Counted from the first letter of the stretch, positions 18,643 to 27,779 are shown. The stretch: DNA of 64,000 nt from Deltaproteobacteria bacterium (GCA_019308905.1 JAFDHF010000015.1:4978-68977), one strand, 5' to 3'. The notes: generated from the sequence alone by a model not told the origin. Numbers and translations are program-made.

Positions 18643-20754
18643 ATGGGAAGGATAGAAAAACACCCGATTCTGCCGATTCCCGAGGGGAGGGACGTCCCAT
18701 TTGTGTTCGACGGGCGCCCCATCACGGCAAGACACGGCGAGGTCATCTCCTCGGCCCTGTTCGCCCATGGAATCCGGGTATTCGGCCGTCACCCCCGGGA
18801 CGGAGCGCCTCAGGGTATCTACTGTGCAAACGGGCAGTGCTCCCAGTGCATGGTCATCGCCGACGGATTGCCGGTCAAAGCCTGCATGACCGTGGTCAAA
18901 CCGGGAATGGTGGTCCAGAGGTGCGAGGGGAGTCCAGAGAACCCCCGGGACGACACGCTGCCGGAAATGGCCGATGTACCCACCGTGGAGGTGCCTGTCC
19001 TCATCGTCGGCGGCGGACCTGCCGGGCTTTCCGCCGCCATAGAACTCGCCAAATTCGGGGTCCCCGCCATCCTTGCAGACGACAAACAGAGACTGGGCGG
19101 AAAGCTCACCCTTCAGACCCACAACTTCTTCGGTTCCAGAAGGGATTGTTATGCAGGAACGCGGGGTATCGATATCTCCACCCTCCTCGCGGACCGGTTG
19201 AGTGAAGAAGGCCGAGATCTCGTGGAGGTCTGGCTCGACTCTCCGGTGGTGGGGGTCTTCTGTGATGGAAAGCTCGGTGTTGTGAAACAGGGCGAGTATG
19301 TCCTGGTCAAGCCGGAGGCCTTGCTCGTAACCGCAGGAGCACGGGAGAAAGCCCTGGCCTTTCCGGGTTGCGACCTGCCGGGAGTGTATGGGGCCGGTGC
19401 CTTTCAGACTCTTGTCAACCGGGATCTCGTCCGTCCCACCGACCGGCTCTTCATATGCGGCGGGGGGAACGTGGGCCTTATCGCAGGCTATCACGCCCTC
19501 CAGGCAGGTATCGACGTGGTAGGGCTGGTCGAGGCCCTCCCCCGGTGCGGGGGATACAAGGTCCACCTGGACAAATTGAAGAGGCTCGGCGTTCCCATCT
19601 TCACGTCCCACACGATCCTCCGGGCAGAAGGAGACGGAAAGGTCGAAAGGGTGACCATCTGCAGGATAGACGAGTCCTTTCGACCGATCGCCCAAACCGA
19701 GAGGTCTTTCCCGGTGGATACCCTCCTGATCGCCGTGGGTCTCTCACCCGTCAACGAGATCTACACCAAGGCAAAGGAGTATGGATACAGGGTATGGGCC
19801 GCCGGAGACGCGGAAGAGATCGCCGAGGCGAGTGCAGCCATGTTCAGCGGCCGGATCCAGGGAAGGAGAATCGCCAGGGAACTCGACAGGCCCTGTCTGA
19901 TCCCCAGGGAGTGGGATGAGATCCTCACCATCCTGCGGAGCAAACCGGGGGTGGAGAAGGAGTTGAAGATCCGCACCCTTCCAGGCTCGGTCTACCCGTT
20001 GATACGTTGCACCCAGGAGATACCGTGCAATCCCTGTACGGAGGCCTGTCCCAAACACGCCATCAGGATCGAGGAGGGAACACTTACAGGGGTCCCCTCA
20101 TTTACCGGTGACGCCTGCCTGGGATGTGCCCAGTGTGTTCTTGCGTGCCCGGGGTTGGCGATCGTCCTTGTGGACGAGCGTTACGACCCGGCTCGCAGAC
20201 GGGCCCTCCTAACCCTACCCTTTGAAATGCCCTCTGGAACCGTCAACGTGGAGGACGAGGTGAGGACCGTAGGGATGGAGGGGGAGCCCGTAGGGGCGGG
20301 AAGGGTCGTCGCCTTCCGGGACGCGCCCTCCCAGGATCGCAGGAGATTGATGCTTCTCGAGGTACCCTTTGAAGATCGCCTCAGGGTCGCAGGGGTTCGG
20401 CTCAGAGAAACGGTCGAACCCGAAAAGGCCGATCCCCCGGAACAAGAGGAAGATACCATTATCTGCCGGTGTGAAAGGGTGACCAAGGGGGAGATTCTCG
20501 CATTGATCCGGGCGGGGTATCGCGACATGAACCAGATCAAGGCCGCTCTCCGTACCGGAATGGGAGCCTGTGGCGGCAAGACGTGCACGGAACTTATCCT
20601 TCGACTCTTCCGCGAAGAGGGCATAGACTTGAAAGAGGTGACCCTGCCGGTCCACCGACCGCCTGAAACGGAAGTCCCCCTCGGGGTTTTTGCAGGAGTG
20701 AAGCTCAGATCGGAAAAAAGGGCGAACACCAGGAGAGAGAGAAACCAGGGGTGA
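18643..20754 (+). CDS. Sarcosine-oxidase-alpha / PdhA-like FAD-NAD(P) oxidoreductase with N-terminal [2Fe-2S], 2x[4Fe-4S] and a C-terminal BFD-like [2Fe-2S] domain; putative L-proline dehydrogenase large subunit
   Basis: The start was reassigned to ATG 18643, immediately after the upstream stop at 18637; the listed ORF start at 18421 is an in-frame overlap. Motifs: GQCSQCMV, two GGGxxG dinucleotide folds, CNPCTEACP, CLGCAQCVLACP and a BFD-like ICRCERV...GMGACGGKTC. Confidence 0.65.
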   Translation: MGRIEKHPILPIPEGRDVPFVFDGRPITARHGEVISSALFAHGIRVFGRHPRDGAPQGIYCANGQCSQCMVIADGLPVKACMTVVKPGMVVQRCEGSPENPRDDTLPEMADVPTVEVPVLIVGGGPAGLSAAIELAKFGVPAILADDKQRLGGKLTLQTHNFFGSRRDCYAGTRGIDISTLLADRLSEEGRDLVEVWLDSPVVGVFCDGKLGVVKQGEYVLVKPEALLVTAGAREKALAFPGCDLPGVYGAGAFQTLVNRDLVRPTDRLFICGGGNVGLIAGYHALQAGIDVVGLVEALPRCGGYKVHLDKLKRLGVPIFTSHTILRAEGDGKVERVTICRIDESFRPIAQTERSFPVDTLLIAVGLSPVNEIYTKAKEYGYRVWAAGDAEEIAEASAAMFSGRIQGRRIARELDRPCLIPREWDEILTILRSKPGVEKELKIRTLPGSVYPLIRCTQEIPCNPCTEACPKHAIRIEEGTLTGVPSFTGDACLGCAQCVLACPGLAIVLVDERYDPARRRALLTLPFEMPSGTVNVEDEVRTVGMEGEPVGAGRVVAFRDAPSQDRRRLMLLEVPFEDRLRVAGVRLRETVEPEKADPPEQEEDTIICRCERVTKGEILALIRAGYRDMNQIKAALRTGMGACGGKTCTELILRLFREEGIDLKEVTLPVHRPPETEVPLGVFAGVKLRSEKRANTRRERNQG

Positions 20755-21917
20755 ACAGGAACTACGACGCGATCATCATCGGCGGGGGAAGTGTAGGTGT
20801 TCCCGCAGCACTCTTTCTCACCTTTGAGGGCCTCAGGGTCCTGGTTGTCGAGGCGAACCCGTCGGTAGGCCAGGGGCAGAACAAGGCAGCCATTGGAGGA
20901 GTCCGGGCCACCCACTCGGATGCGGCAAAGATCCTTCTCTGCCAGGAGAGCCTCCGCATCTTTGGCGAGTGGGAGGAGACGTACGGCCACGATATAGGAT
21001 GGAAGAAAGGAGGATACTGTTTCCCCGCATACACCCACAAAGAGGAAAACACCCTCAAAGGCCTCCTCCCGATTCAGAAATCCTACGGCCTCAAAATCGA
21101 TTGGCTCGACCCGGAGGAGATCGAAGACGTCGTACCCGGTATCAGGGCAGAGGGACTGATGGGGGGTACCTTTTCACCTGACGACGCCCAGGTCTCGCCT
21201 CTTTTGGCGATAGACGCAATGTTCCGTTTGTCGAAAGAACGAGGGTGCGCCTATCGTTTCGGGGAGAGGGCGGTCGCCCTTGTGACCGAGAAGGGCCGGG
21301 TGAAGGGCATCACGACAGACAGGGAGACCTACAATGCCCCCGTTGTACTGAACGCGGCCGGGGCAAGTGCAATGGAGGTGGGGAAGCTGGCTGGAATCGA
21401 CGTTCCCGTCATGCCGGACAGTCACGAAGCAGGCATCTCTGCACCTATGGAACAGTTCTTAGGCCCCCTGGTCGTCGATCTCCGGCCAGGACCGGAAGGC
21501 AAAACCTCCAACTTCTATTTTGCACAGAATCATGAAGGGGTCCTGATCTTCTGCTACACTCCCATTGAACCCGTCTGTGGAACCAACCGGGAGCCGACCT
21601 CCGAGTTCCTGCCGGTGGTTGCCAGGCGGTTGATCGGTCTGCTGCCCCGCCTGAAGAACATGCTGGTACGCCGCGTATGGCGGGGACTCTATCCCATGAC
21701 GCCGGACGGCCTCCCAATATGCGACAAGGTGCGGGAACCGGAGGGCCTGTATCTTGCCGTGGGCATGTGCGGCCAGGGATTCATGATGGGCCCCGGCATA
21801 GGCCGAAACATGGCCCACCTCATCGTCCACGGAAGCCCGCTGATAGCAGAGGACACATTTGAAACTCTCAGCCTCTACCGCGATTTCTATGCTTCGAAGA
21901 AAGAGGCTCTCAAATAG
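20751..21917 (+). CDS. FAD-dependent oxidoreductase of the DadA/SoxB family; putative catalytic L-proline dehydrogenase beta subunit
   Basis: N-terminal DAIIIGGGSVGVPAALFL Rossmann motif in a 388-aa protein typical of sarcosine oxidase beta or archaeal PdhB. GTG start overlaps the upstream stop (GTGA). Confidence 0.7.
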   Translation: MNRNYDAIIIGGGSVGVPAALFLTFEGLRVLVVEANPSVGQGQNKAAIGGVRATHSDAAKILLCQESLRIFGEWEETYGHDIGWKKGGYCFPAYTHKEENTLKGLLPIQKSYGLKIDWLDPEEIEDVVPGIRAEGLMGGTFSPDDAQVSPLLAIDAMFRLSKERGCAYRFGERAVALVTEKGRVKGITTDRETYNAPVVLNAAGASAMEVGKLAGIDVPVMPDSHEAGISAPMEQFLGPLVVDLRPGPEGKTSNFYFAQNHEGVLIFCYTPIEPVCGTNREPTSEFLPVVARRLIGLLPRLKNMLVRRVWRGLYPMTPDGLPICDKVREPEGLYLAVGMCGQGFMMGPGIGRNMAHLIVHGSPLIAEDTFETLSLYRDFYASKKEALK

Positions 21918-22015
21918 TCCAACATGCTCCTCAGGGTGACTTTGGAGAGGGAGCCCTTCTTTTTCGCTCTGGTCAGGGGAGTAAGGCAGGCTGGGAAAGG
22001 CGCCCACGGGGGATC

Positions 22016-22942
22016 ATGGAAACTTCGGAAAAAGACGGGAATTCAGGAAAGAAGATCCTTGTCGTGGATGACGAACCGCTCGTCCGGCGCACCATCCGGG
22101 ATATCGTCGAATCGATGGGATACTCCTGCAGCGAAACCGATTCGGCCCGGGCCGCTCTCGAGCTTGTAGACCGAACCCACTTCCCCATCGTCATCCTCGA
22201 CATCGCCATGCCCGAGATGAACGGCCTGGAGCTGCTCGAGCTTATCAGGAGAGAGCATCCTGACACGGACGTCCTGATCATTACGGGGTACCAGGACAGA
22301 TATTCCCCTCTCAGGATCGTCCGGTCAGGAGCCAGTGATTACCTGGTCAAGCCCTTCACCGTGGAGCAGCTCGCCGCGAAGCTCTACAAGATCGAAAGGG
22401 AAAAGGCCTTGAAAGAGAAACTCTACCTCAGTTCCATCACCGACGAGTTGACGGGTCTCTACAACCGGAGGTTCTTCTACCAGAAGCTGAGACAGGAGAT
22501 GGAAAGGGCAAAGAGGCAGGGCCGCGTGCTCTCCTTGATCATGTTCGACGTGGATGGATTCAAGAGATTCAACGATCGATACGGCCATCTGAAGGGGGAT
22601 GTCCTTCTCCAGACCGTGGCCCGGGTTCTTCGATCCTCCCTCAGAGAACACGTGGACTCTCCCTGTCGGTACGGTGGAGACGAGTTCATCGTCATCCTCC
22701 CCGAGGCAGACGGGAAAATAGCCCGATCGATCGGGGACCGAATAAGGAGGAACTTCAAAGAGAAATCTCCGGGTGGGATGACCCTCAGCATGGGAGTCGC
22801 ACAGTTCCGGAAGGATTTCGACACAGAGGCCTTTGTCCGCCTGGTCGACCAGAGGATGTACAGGGACAAGAACAGATCGAGACAGCGCCGCTCCGAACCG
22901 AGAGGAGACAAGCCCGGCACGGACAAGGAAGGGGCTGCCTGA
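22016..22942 (+). CDS. Response-regulator receiver fused to a GGDEF diguanylate cyclase (PleD-like)
   Basis: REC domain (ILVVDDEP...D at ILDIAMP...K) and a GGDEF domain with YGGDEF and an RxxD I-site-like context. Confidence 0.85.
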   Translation: METSEKDGNSGKKILVVDDEPLVRRTIRDIVESMGYSCSETDSARAALELVDRTHFPIVILDIAMPEMNGLELLELIRREHPDTDVLIITGYQDRYSPLRIVRSGASDYLVKPFTVEQLAAKLYKIEREKALKEKLYLSSITDELTGLYNRRFFYQKLRQEMERAKRQGRVLSLIMFDVDGFKRFNDRYGHLKGDVLLQTVARVLRSSLREHVDSPCRYGGDEFIVILPEADGKIARSIGDRIRRNFKEKSPGGMTLSMGVAQFRKDFDTEAFVRLVDQRMYRDKNRSRQRRSEPRGDKPGTDKEGAA

Positions 22943-23002
22943 GAAGAAGACCATGAGAACCCTCTCCCCCCTTCTGTCGTACCCGGGGCCGGGCCGGACG
23001 AA

Positions 23003-23734
23003 CTACCTGTTTGCATACCGCCCGAACAGGGGCCCCGCTACCAGCAAGGTGCCGATCAAGAACCCCACCCCGGCTCCAACGGGTATCCATAGCGATTGAA
23101 AATACGACCGTCCCTCGATGCCGTACCGGAGGAGCTCCACCACGTAGGTGAGGGGTGAGGCCATGGCGACGGGTTGGACCCAGGCCGGCAGGAGATCCAG
23201 GGGCATGAAGACACCACTGATGAAGAGGATCGGGAATCTCAGGAAGTTCATCAGGGTCATCGCCTCAAAGACCTCCCTCACCATCACAGATGCGATGAGC
23301 CCCATGAGGGAGAATATCCCTGCTCCGAGGAGGAGGCCGGCGCCGAAGACCAGAGGATTGGCCACTCTCATGCCGAGCAGAAAGGCAAGCCCCCACGTGA
23401 TAACAAGAGAGGTGGCGACGCCATAGGCCGCCGCACTGGCAGCCTTGCCCAAGACGATAGTGCCGTTGGTGACGGGCGCCAGCAGGAGCCTCTGCAAGGT
23501 GCCGGACCGTTTCTCAAAGGTTACGACGATGGCTGCCATTGATGTATTTCCAAAAAGCAGGGTCATGGCGATAATTCCAGGGGCCACGGCCAGATACGTG
23601 GCCGGATCCTTTACGTAGACGGCAAACATCAGCACAGCCGGGAAAAGGAGCCCCCACGTGATCAGGGGTGGTTTGCCGTAGTAGCTCTCAATGTCCTTCA
23701 GGCTGATCGAGACGGCTTTGCTCAACTGATTCAC
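23003..23734 (-). CDS. ABC-2 type transporter permease
   Basis: 243-aa protein with 6 predicted TM helices of ABC-2 topology; translationally coupled to the upstream ATPase. Confidence 0.7.
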   Translation of the reverse strand: MNQLSKAVSISLKDIESYYGKPPLITWGLLFPAVLMFAVYVKDPATYLAVAPGIIAMTLLFGNTSMAAIVVTFEKRSGTLQRLLLAPVTNGTIVLGKAASAAAYGVATSLVITWGLAFLLGMRVANPLVFGAGLLLGAGIFSLMGLIASVMVREVFEAMTLMNFLRFPILFISGVFMPLDLLPAWVQPVAMASPLTYVVELLRYGIEGRSYFQSLWIPVGAGVGFLIGTLLVAGPLFGRYANR

Positions 23735-24699
23735 CGATTCGCCCCCCCTCCACTGGTACTCTCTTTCAGGATCCTCATGAAGACGTCCTCAAAGCTCGGC
23801 ACGCTCGATCCGATCTCCAGGATTCTGACCCCCTGCCGATCGGCAAAAGACACGACCTGGGCCACAGCGGCATGGATGTCGGCCACTTCAAGCCGCCACG
23901 AACCGTCCGTAAAGGAAGCCTCCTTGATCTCCGGGCATGCCTTGCGGAGTGAGGCTTCCTCGACAGGACCCGACAAGACCAGCGAGACCGCCTTGGTCCT
24001 TTCCACATGGCTCCGAATCTCGGCCGCAGTCCCTTCAGCCATGACCCGGCCCTTCACGAGAATAAGGACCCGGCTACAGAGGGATTCGGCCTCGGCCAGG
24101 TTGTGGGTGGTCAGGAATACCGTGGTCCCCTCTCTGTTGACCCTCTGAATAAGGGAGCGCAAGGCCCGGGCGCTTGGCACGTCGAGCCCCGCTGTCGGCT
24201 CGTCCAGGAAGATCACCTGGGGCCGATGGAGCAGGGCTGCAGCCACCGTCAAACGCCGCTTCATACCCCGGGATAAGGAGCGGAAAGGGATCGAGCCCTT
24301 GTCGGCGAGATCGAAGATCTCGAGCAAATCCCCGGCCCTTGTCCGCCGGGAGCTTCGCGAAAGCCCGTACAACTCGCCCAGGTACTCCAGGTTCCTCCGG
24401 CAGGAAAGCTCTGGGTAGAGATTGGATTCTTCGGGAACCACTCCGATGCGCTCCTTCACCTCCACAGGGTCACGTCGGATGTCGAGGCCGTAGATCCTCA
24501 CCTCCCCGGCGTCACGCTCGACAAGCCCGCACAGTATGTTGACGGTGGTCGTCTTACCCGCCCCGTTGGGACCGAGATACCCGAAAACCTCTCCTTTCCT
24601 CACCGCGAAGCCGACATCTTCCAGGGCACGGACCTCCCCGTACAGCTTGGACAAGCCCCTCACCTCGATGATACTCTCGTCTCTGTCTCCTACTTCCAT
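23731..24699 (-). CDS. ABC transporter ATP-binding protein (ABC-2/DrrA-like exporter ATPase)
   Basis: Walker A GPNGAGKTT, signature LSRGMKRR, Walker B IFLDEPT, H-loop TTHN. Confidence 0.85.
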   Translation of the reverse strand: MEVGDRDESIIEVRGLSKLYGEVRALEDVGFAVRKGEVFGYLGPNGAGKTTTVNILCGLVERDAGEVRIYGLDIRRDPVEVKERIGVVPEESNLYPELSCRRNLEYLGELYGLSRSSRRTRAGDLLEIFDLADKGSIPFRSLSRGMKRRLTVAAALLHRPQVIFLDEPTAGLDVPSARALRSLIQRVNREGTTVFLTTHNLAEAESLCSRVLILVKGRVMAEGTAAEIRSHVERTKAVSLVLSGPVEEASLRKACPEIKEASFTDGSWRLEVADIHAAVAQVVSFADRQGVRILEIGSSVPSFEDVFMRILKESTSGGGANR

Positions 24700-25049
24700 T
24701 TCTTCTCCATACCGGATCTCCGCTTCGATCCCCTCCGGGCCTCATGCAAAAAAGGAGGGCATGCCGTCTCCTCCTCCCCTTCGAGGAGCCGCTCAACCGC
24801 CTCTCTCCACCTGTAAAGGGCCTTCTTGTTCAAACGGTAATGGACGTAGTAGCCCCTCTTCTCAGGCAGAACCAGTCCCGCCTCCCGAAGCACCCTCAAG
24901 TGTTGGGAAACCGCTCCCTGGGTGACCTTCAATCTGGCCGAGAGCGCACCAACGCACAGGGCTCGCTCCCTCAGCAGAGCCACGATCCTGACCCTCGTGT
25001 CCACAGAGAGGGCCTTAAAGAGCCGAACGAGTTTCTCAACGTCCTTCAA
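24690..25049 (-). CDS. ArsR/SmtB-family transcriptional regulator
   Basis: 119-aa wHTH protein (LSVDTRVRIVALL...ALCVGAL...VSQHLRVLREAGLV). TTG start; overlaps the downstream ABC ATPase gene by 10 nt. Confidence 0.75.
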   Translation of the reverse strand: MKDVEKLVRLFKALSVDTRVRIVALLRERALCVGALSARLKVTQGAVSQHLRVLREAGLVLPEKRGYYVHYRLNKKALYRWREAVERLLEGEEETACPPFLHEARRGSKRRSGMEKKWK

Positions 25050-25064
25050 CTCCCGTCTCCTAAT

Positions 25065-25089
25065 TTAGTAATTACTAATATACTAATAT
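25065..25089. promoter_or_regulatory. Putative ArsR operator: AT-rich palindrome TAGTAATTACTA followed by ATATACTAATAT
   Basis: A perfect 12-bp palindrome 16-30 bp upstream of the arsR start, typical of SmtB/ArsR operators. Confidence 0.4.
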
Positions 25090-25508
25090 GGACCGGCCTG
25101 TCAATGGGCTCCGAGCCAGGAGCCCCATTCAGGGTAACTCGTTGAAAAGAAGCTGGGGTTGCCTCATCTGTTGATCGAGACTTCTTGCAACTAGCCAACC
25201 GTCGAGTCGTCTCTTTTTGACAGGAGACCCCTCCTCTGCCCTTCCCTTCGGCCGCGCTCAGGACGGCGTCCGCCGGCACTCGATAGGTACCCTGCGGCCT
25301 CGGCAAGGCCGCAGGTGAACAATGGGGTTCTCCGAAAGTGAGGAAGCTCCGTGAAAGGAACCTATTGACCCAGGAGACGGGATTGAATTAGTATCAATCA
25401 TCAAGACCGGAAAGCCGCGGGATTCGGAGCGGAGTCGAACAGGGCTGCAGGGCCGGTTGGTCGACCTGCCGGCAGGGCTGGGGCCTTTTCATTTCTGGAC
25501 GCTGGAGG

Positions 25509-26474
25509 ATGATGATGAGAATCAGGACCTTGGGGAAGACCGGTATCAGGGTGAGCGAGATCGGTTTCGGTTGCTGGGCCATAGGAGGACCCGCGGCCCT
25601 TGGCAAGACTCAGATCGGTTGGGGAAGAGTCGACGACGGGGATTCGCTTCGGGCTCTTCAGACCGCTTTTGACTCGGGGATCAACTTCTATGATACGGCC
25701 GACGCTTACGGGGGGGGACACAGTGAGGAACTCGTTGCAGAGGCTTTCGCGAAACGCAGATCGCAGGTGGTGATTGCCACCAAAGGCGGCAATATCACCG
25801 ACGCCAACGGAGAGTGGCGTAAAGACTTCCGTGGTGACTTCCTGGTTCGCAGATTCGAGGAGTCTCTCAGGCGGCTCCGAACCGACTATATCGATCTCTA
25901 CCAGCTCCACACCCCGCGCACGGACGATCAGCTCGAGCAGGCTCTCTCTGCTGCCCAGGCCCTGGACCGGCTGATCGAACAGGGGAAACTGCGGGCCTAC
26001 GGTATCTCGGTGGCTAAACCCGAGGACGGGTTGAAGCAGATCGAAGCCGGTTTCGGAGACTCGATCCAGACACACTACAACCTCCTGGAGCGGGAAGCAG
26101 AAAGAGAGCTCTTTCCCAGGGCCGTCCAGACCCGGGTGGCGATAATCTCGCGCGTGCCCCTCGCCTATGGATTCCTTACAGGGAAGTTCACGAAAGAGAC
26201 CCGTTTCGGCCGGGACGACCACCGCTCACACACCCTCTCCCCCGAAAAGATAGCCGAGTGGGTGGACAAGACGGACAGGCTCAAGCCGATCGCCGCCGAC
26301 CTCGGAATATCACTGGCTCAACTGGCTCTCCAATATATCCTGGCACAGGAGGCAGTGAGTGTTGCGATTCCCGGAGCAAAGACGGAGAACCAAGTGCGCC
26401 AGAACGCCGTCGCGGGCGAGGCTCCACCTCTTTCAGATGAAGTGATCAACAGAATACGGCGGGTAGTCGCCTGA
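25509..26474 (+). CDS. Aldo/keto reductase family oxidoreductase
   Basis: AKR motifs (LGKTGIRVSEIGFGCW, YDTADAYG, IATKGG) in a 321-aa protein. Confidence 0.85.
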   Translation: MMMRIRTLGKTGIRVSEIGFGCWAIGGPAALGKTQIGWGRVDDGDSLRALQTAFDSGINFYDTADAYGGGHSEELVAEAFAKRRSQVVIATKGGNITDANGEWRKDFRGDFLVRRFEESLRRLRTDYIDLYQLHTPRTDDQLEQALSAAQALDRLIEQGKLRAYGISVAKPEDGLKQIEAGFGDSIQTHYNLLEREAERELFPRAVQTRVAIISRVPLAYGFLTGKFTKETRFGRDDHRSHTLSPEKIAEWVDKTDRLKPIAADLGISLAQLALQYILAQEAVSVAIPGAKTENQVRQNAVAGEAPPLSDEVINRIRRVVA

Positions 26475-26558
26475 ATCCCTGGCAGAGCAGGCCTTCCCGT
26501 TCATGCCGGAGAAAAACGGGGGTTGCTGGTAAAACCCGCAACCCCCGTATCCACCTCA

Positions 26559-26630
26559 AGCCCCCGGACGGATTCGAACCGCCAACCTACTGATTACAAA
26601 TCAGTTGCTCTACCGTTGAGCTACGGAGGC
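26559..26630 (-). tRNA. tRNA-Thr (anticodon TGT)
   Basis: Hand-folded 72-nt cloverleaf: acceptor GCCTCCG/CGGGGGC, D-arm GCTC-AACGGTA-GAGC, anticodon arm ACTGA-TTTGTAA-TCAGT, T-arm GGCGG-TTCGAAT-CCGTC, discriminator T. No encoded CCA. A TTGTCT-17-TATAAG promoter lies upstream on the minus strand. Confidence 0.8.
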
Positions 26631-26819
26631 ACCGGCTCTCTCCCGGCAAGGCAAGACCCAATCAAGGGCCGACTCTTCATAATACTTATACAGGGTTTCG
26701 CACTACCAGACAAGGGGCCAAATACGCAGGGGTCCCCCCGCCTTTCGGGGCACATGTTCCAAGGTGTCTTGATTTCTGACGATATTTCTCGATTCTCAAG
26801 GGGAACCTCTTGTTTCCTA

Positions 26820-26934
26820 CCTCCTGAGCTCACGTGGTGGCCCCTCGGGTTTCGCGGGCCGGCAGTTCCTGCCCCTTCCTCGCGGACACGACTCACGAAT
26901 CACGAACACGACCTCTCCCCTTCCCGCTCGGCTC
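26820..26934. repeat. Intergenic repeat copy B, inverted relative to copy A, with a heptad array at 26887-26913
   Basis: The reverse complement aligns with 6492-6601 at roughly 80% identity. Located between the tRNA-Thr promoter and the cytochrome P460-like gene. Confidence 0.5.
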
Positions 26935-27168
26935 CCCCGTCCACGCCCGAGGCACCTCCGTGGCCCGCCACCCAAAGGGAGCAAATACACCCTTTCTACC
27001 ACACGAATACACTCTTCACCCCATTTACTCCTCCCTGCCGGAAAGCGATGCTAAACTAAGGCTCTTCGTAAGAGCCGAGGGACCCCTCGGGAGGAAGGGG
27101 AATATCGGAAAGATCGTCTCTGCCCGTATCGAGTACCAATGTCGATTCAAACCACAGGAGGTGGACCC

Positions 27169-27645
27169 ATGAAAAAGAGTCTCACGGCTGCCGTTCTGGT
27201 CTCTGTTGCCCTGGTTGCCTTTGCGGCGTTGTCGGGCGCAGGGGAGGAGTATGCTTCCAAATTCTGGACCCACATCACCGAGACCGATCCCTACGCGGGA
27301 TGGGGTTACTGGCCCGGCCATTACGGGATCTATCCGGGCAAGAGCCCTCACGGGGCGTATGTGAAAATCTATGCCAACGGCCCTGCCCTGAAGGCAGCCA
27401 GGGAGGGAAGGCCCATGCCGGACGGAGCCATCCTGGTCAAGGAGAACTACGGGAAGGACAAGAAGACCCTGATGGCCGTTACCCCCATGTTCAAGATGAA
27501 GGGATACAACTCCGAGGCGGGTGACTGGTGGTGGGCCAAGTACGGTCCCAAGGGCCAAGCCATGGCTTCCGGCAAGTTGAAAGGCTGCATCGATTGCCAT
27601 CGAGTGCAGCAGGGAAACGATTGGATCTTCACGCCCGCCCGGTAG
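27169..27645 (+). CDS. Cytochrome P460 / cytochrome c'-beta family protein (periplasmic mono-haem)
   Basis: Signal peptide (MKKSLTAAVLVSVALVAFAALSGA), about 135-aa mature size, and a single C-terminal CIDCH haem-binding motif, as in P460/c'-beta proteins. The listed ORF start at 27139 is probably an upstream in-frame extension. Confidence 0.6.
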   Translation: MKKSLTAAVLVSVALVAFAALSGAGEEYASKFWTHITETDPYAGWGYWPGHYGIYPGKSPHGAYVKIYANGPALKAAREGRPMPDGAILVKENYGKDKKTLMAVTPMFKMKGYNSEAGDWWWAKYGPKGQAMASGKLKGCIDCHRVQQGNDWIFTPAR

Positions 27646-27779
27646 CCTTTTCGTAAAGCCCCGAGGGCAGGGAGGAGAAGAGGCCCACGCCCCCCCTGCC
27701 TGCCCCCTGGGGGCATCCCTCCCATAGCCGGTCGAGAAAGACCCGGGAGAGGCTTACAACCTGCCGGGTTCGGACTCGA

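Noticed and set aside
26475-26559. tRNA-Thr as an integration site for an island extending leftwards
   Set aside because: No integrase, no direct repeat of the tRNA 3' end, and the adjacent AKR/ArsR genes have native GC content.
26523-27059. 178-aa ORF, and the 107-aa ORF at 6326-6649, sharing SRTRLTNHEHDLSP
   Set aside because: The shared peptide is just the repeat element translated. One ORF overlaps the tRNA-Thr gene, and neither has coding character.
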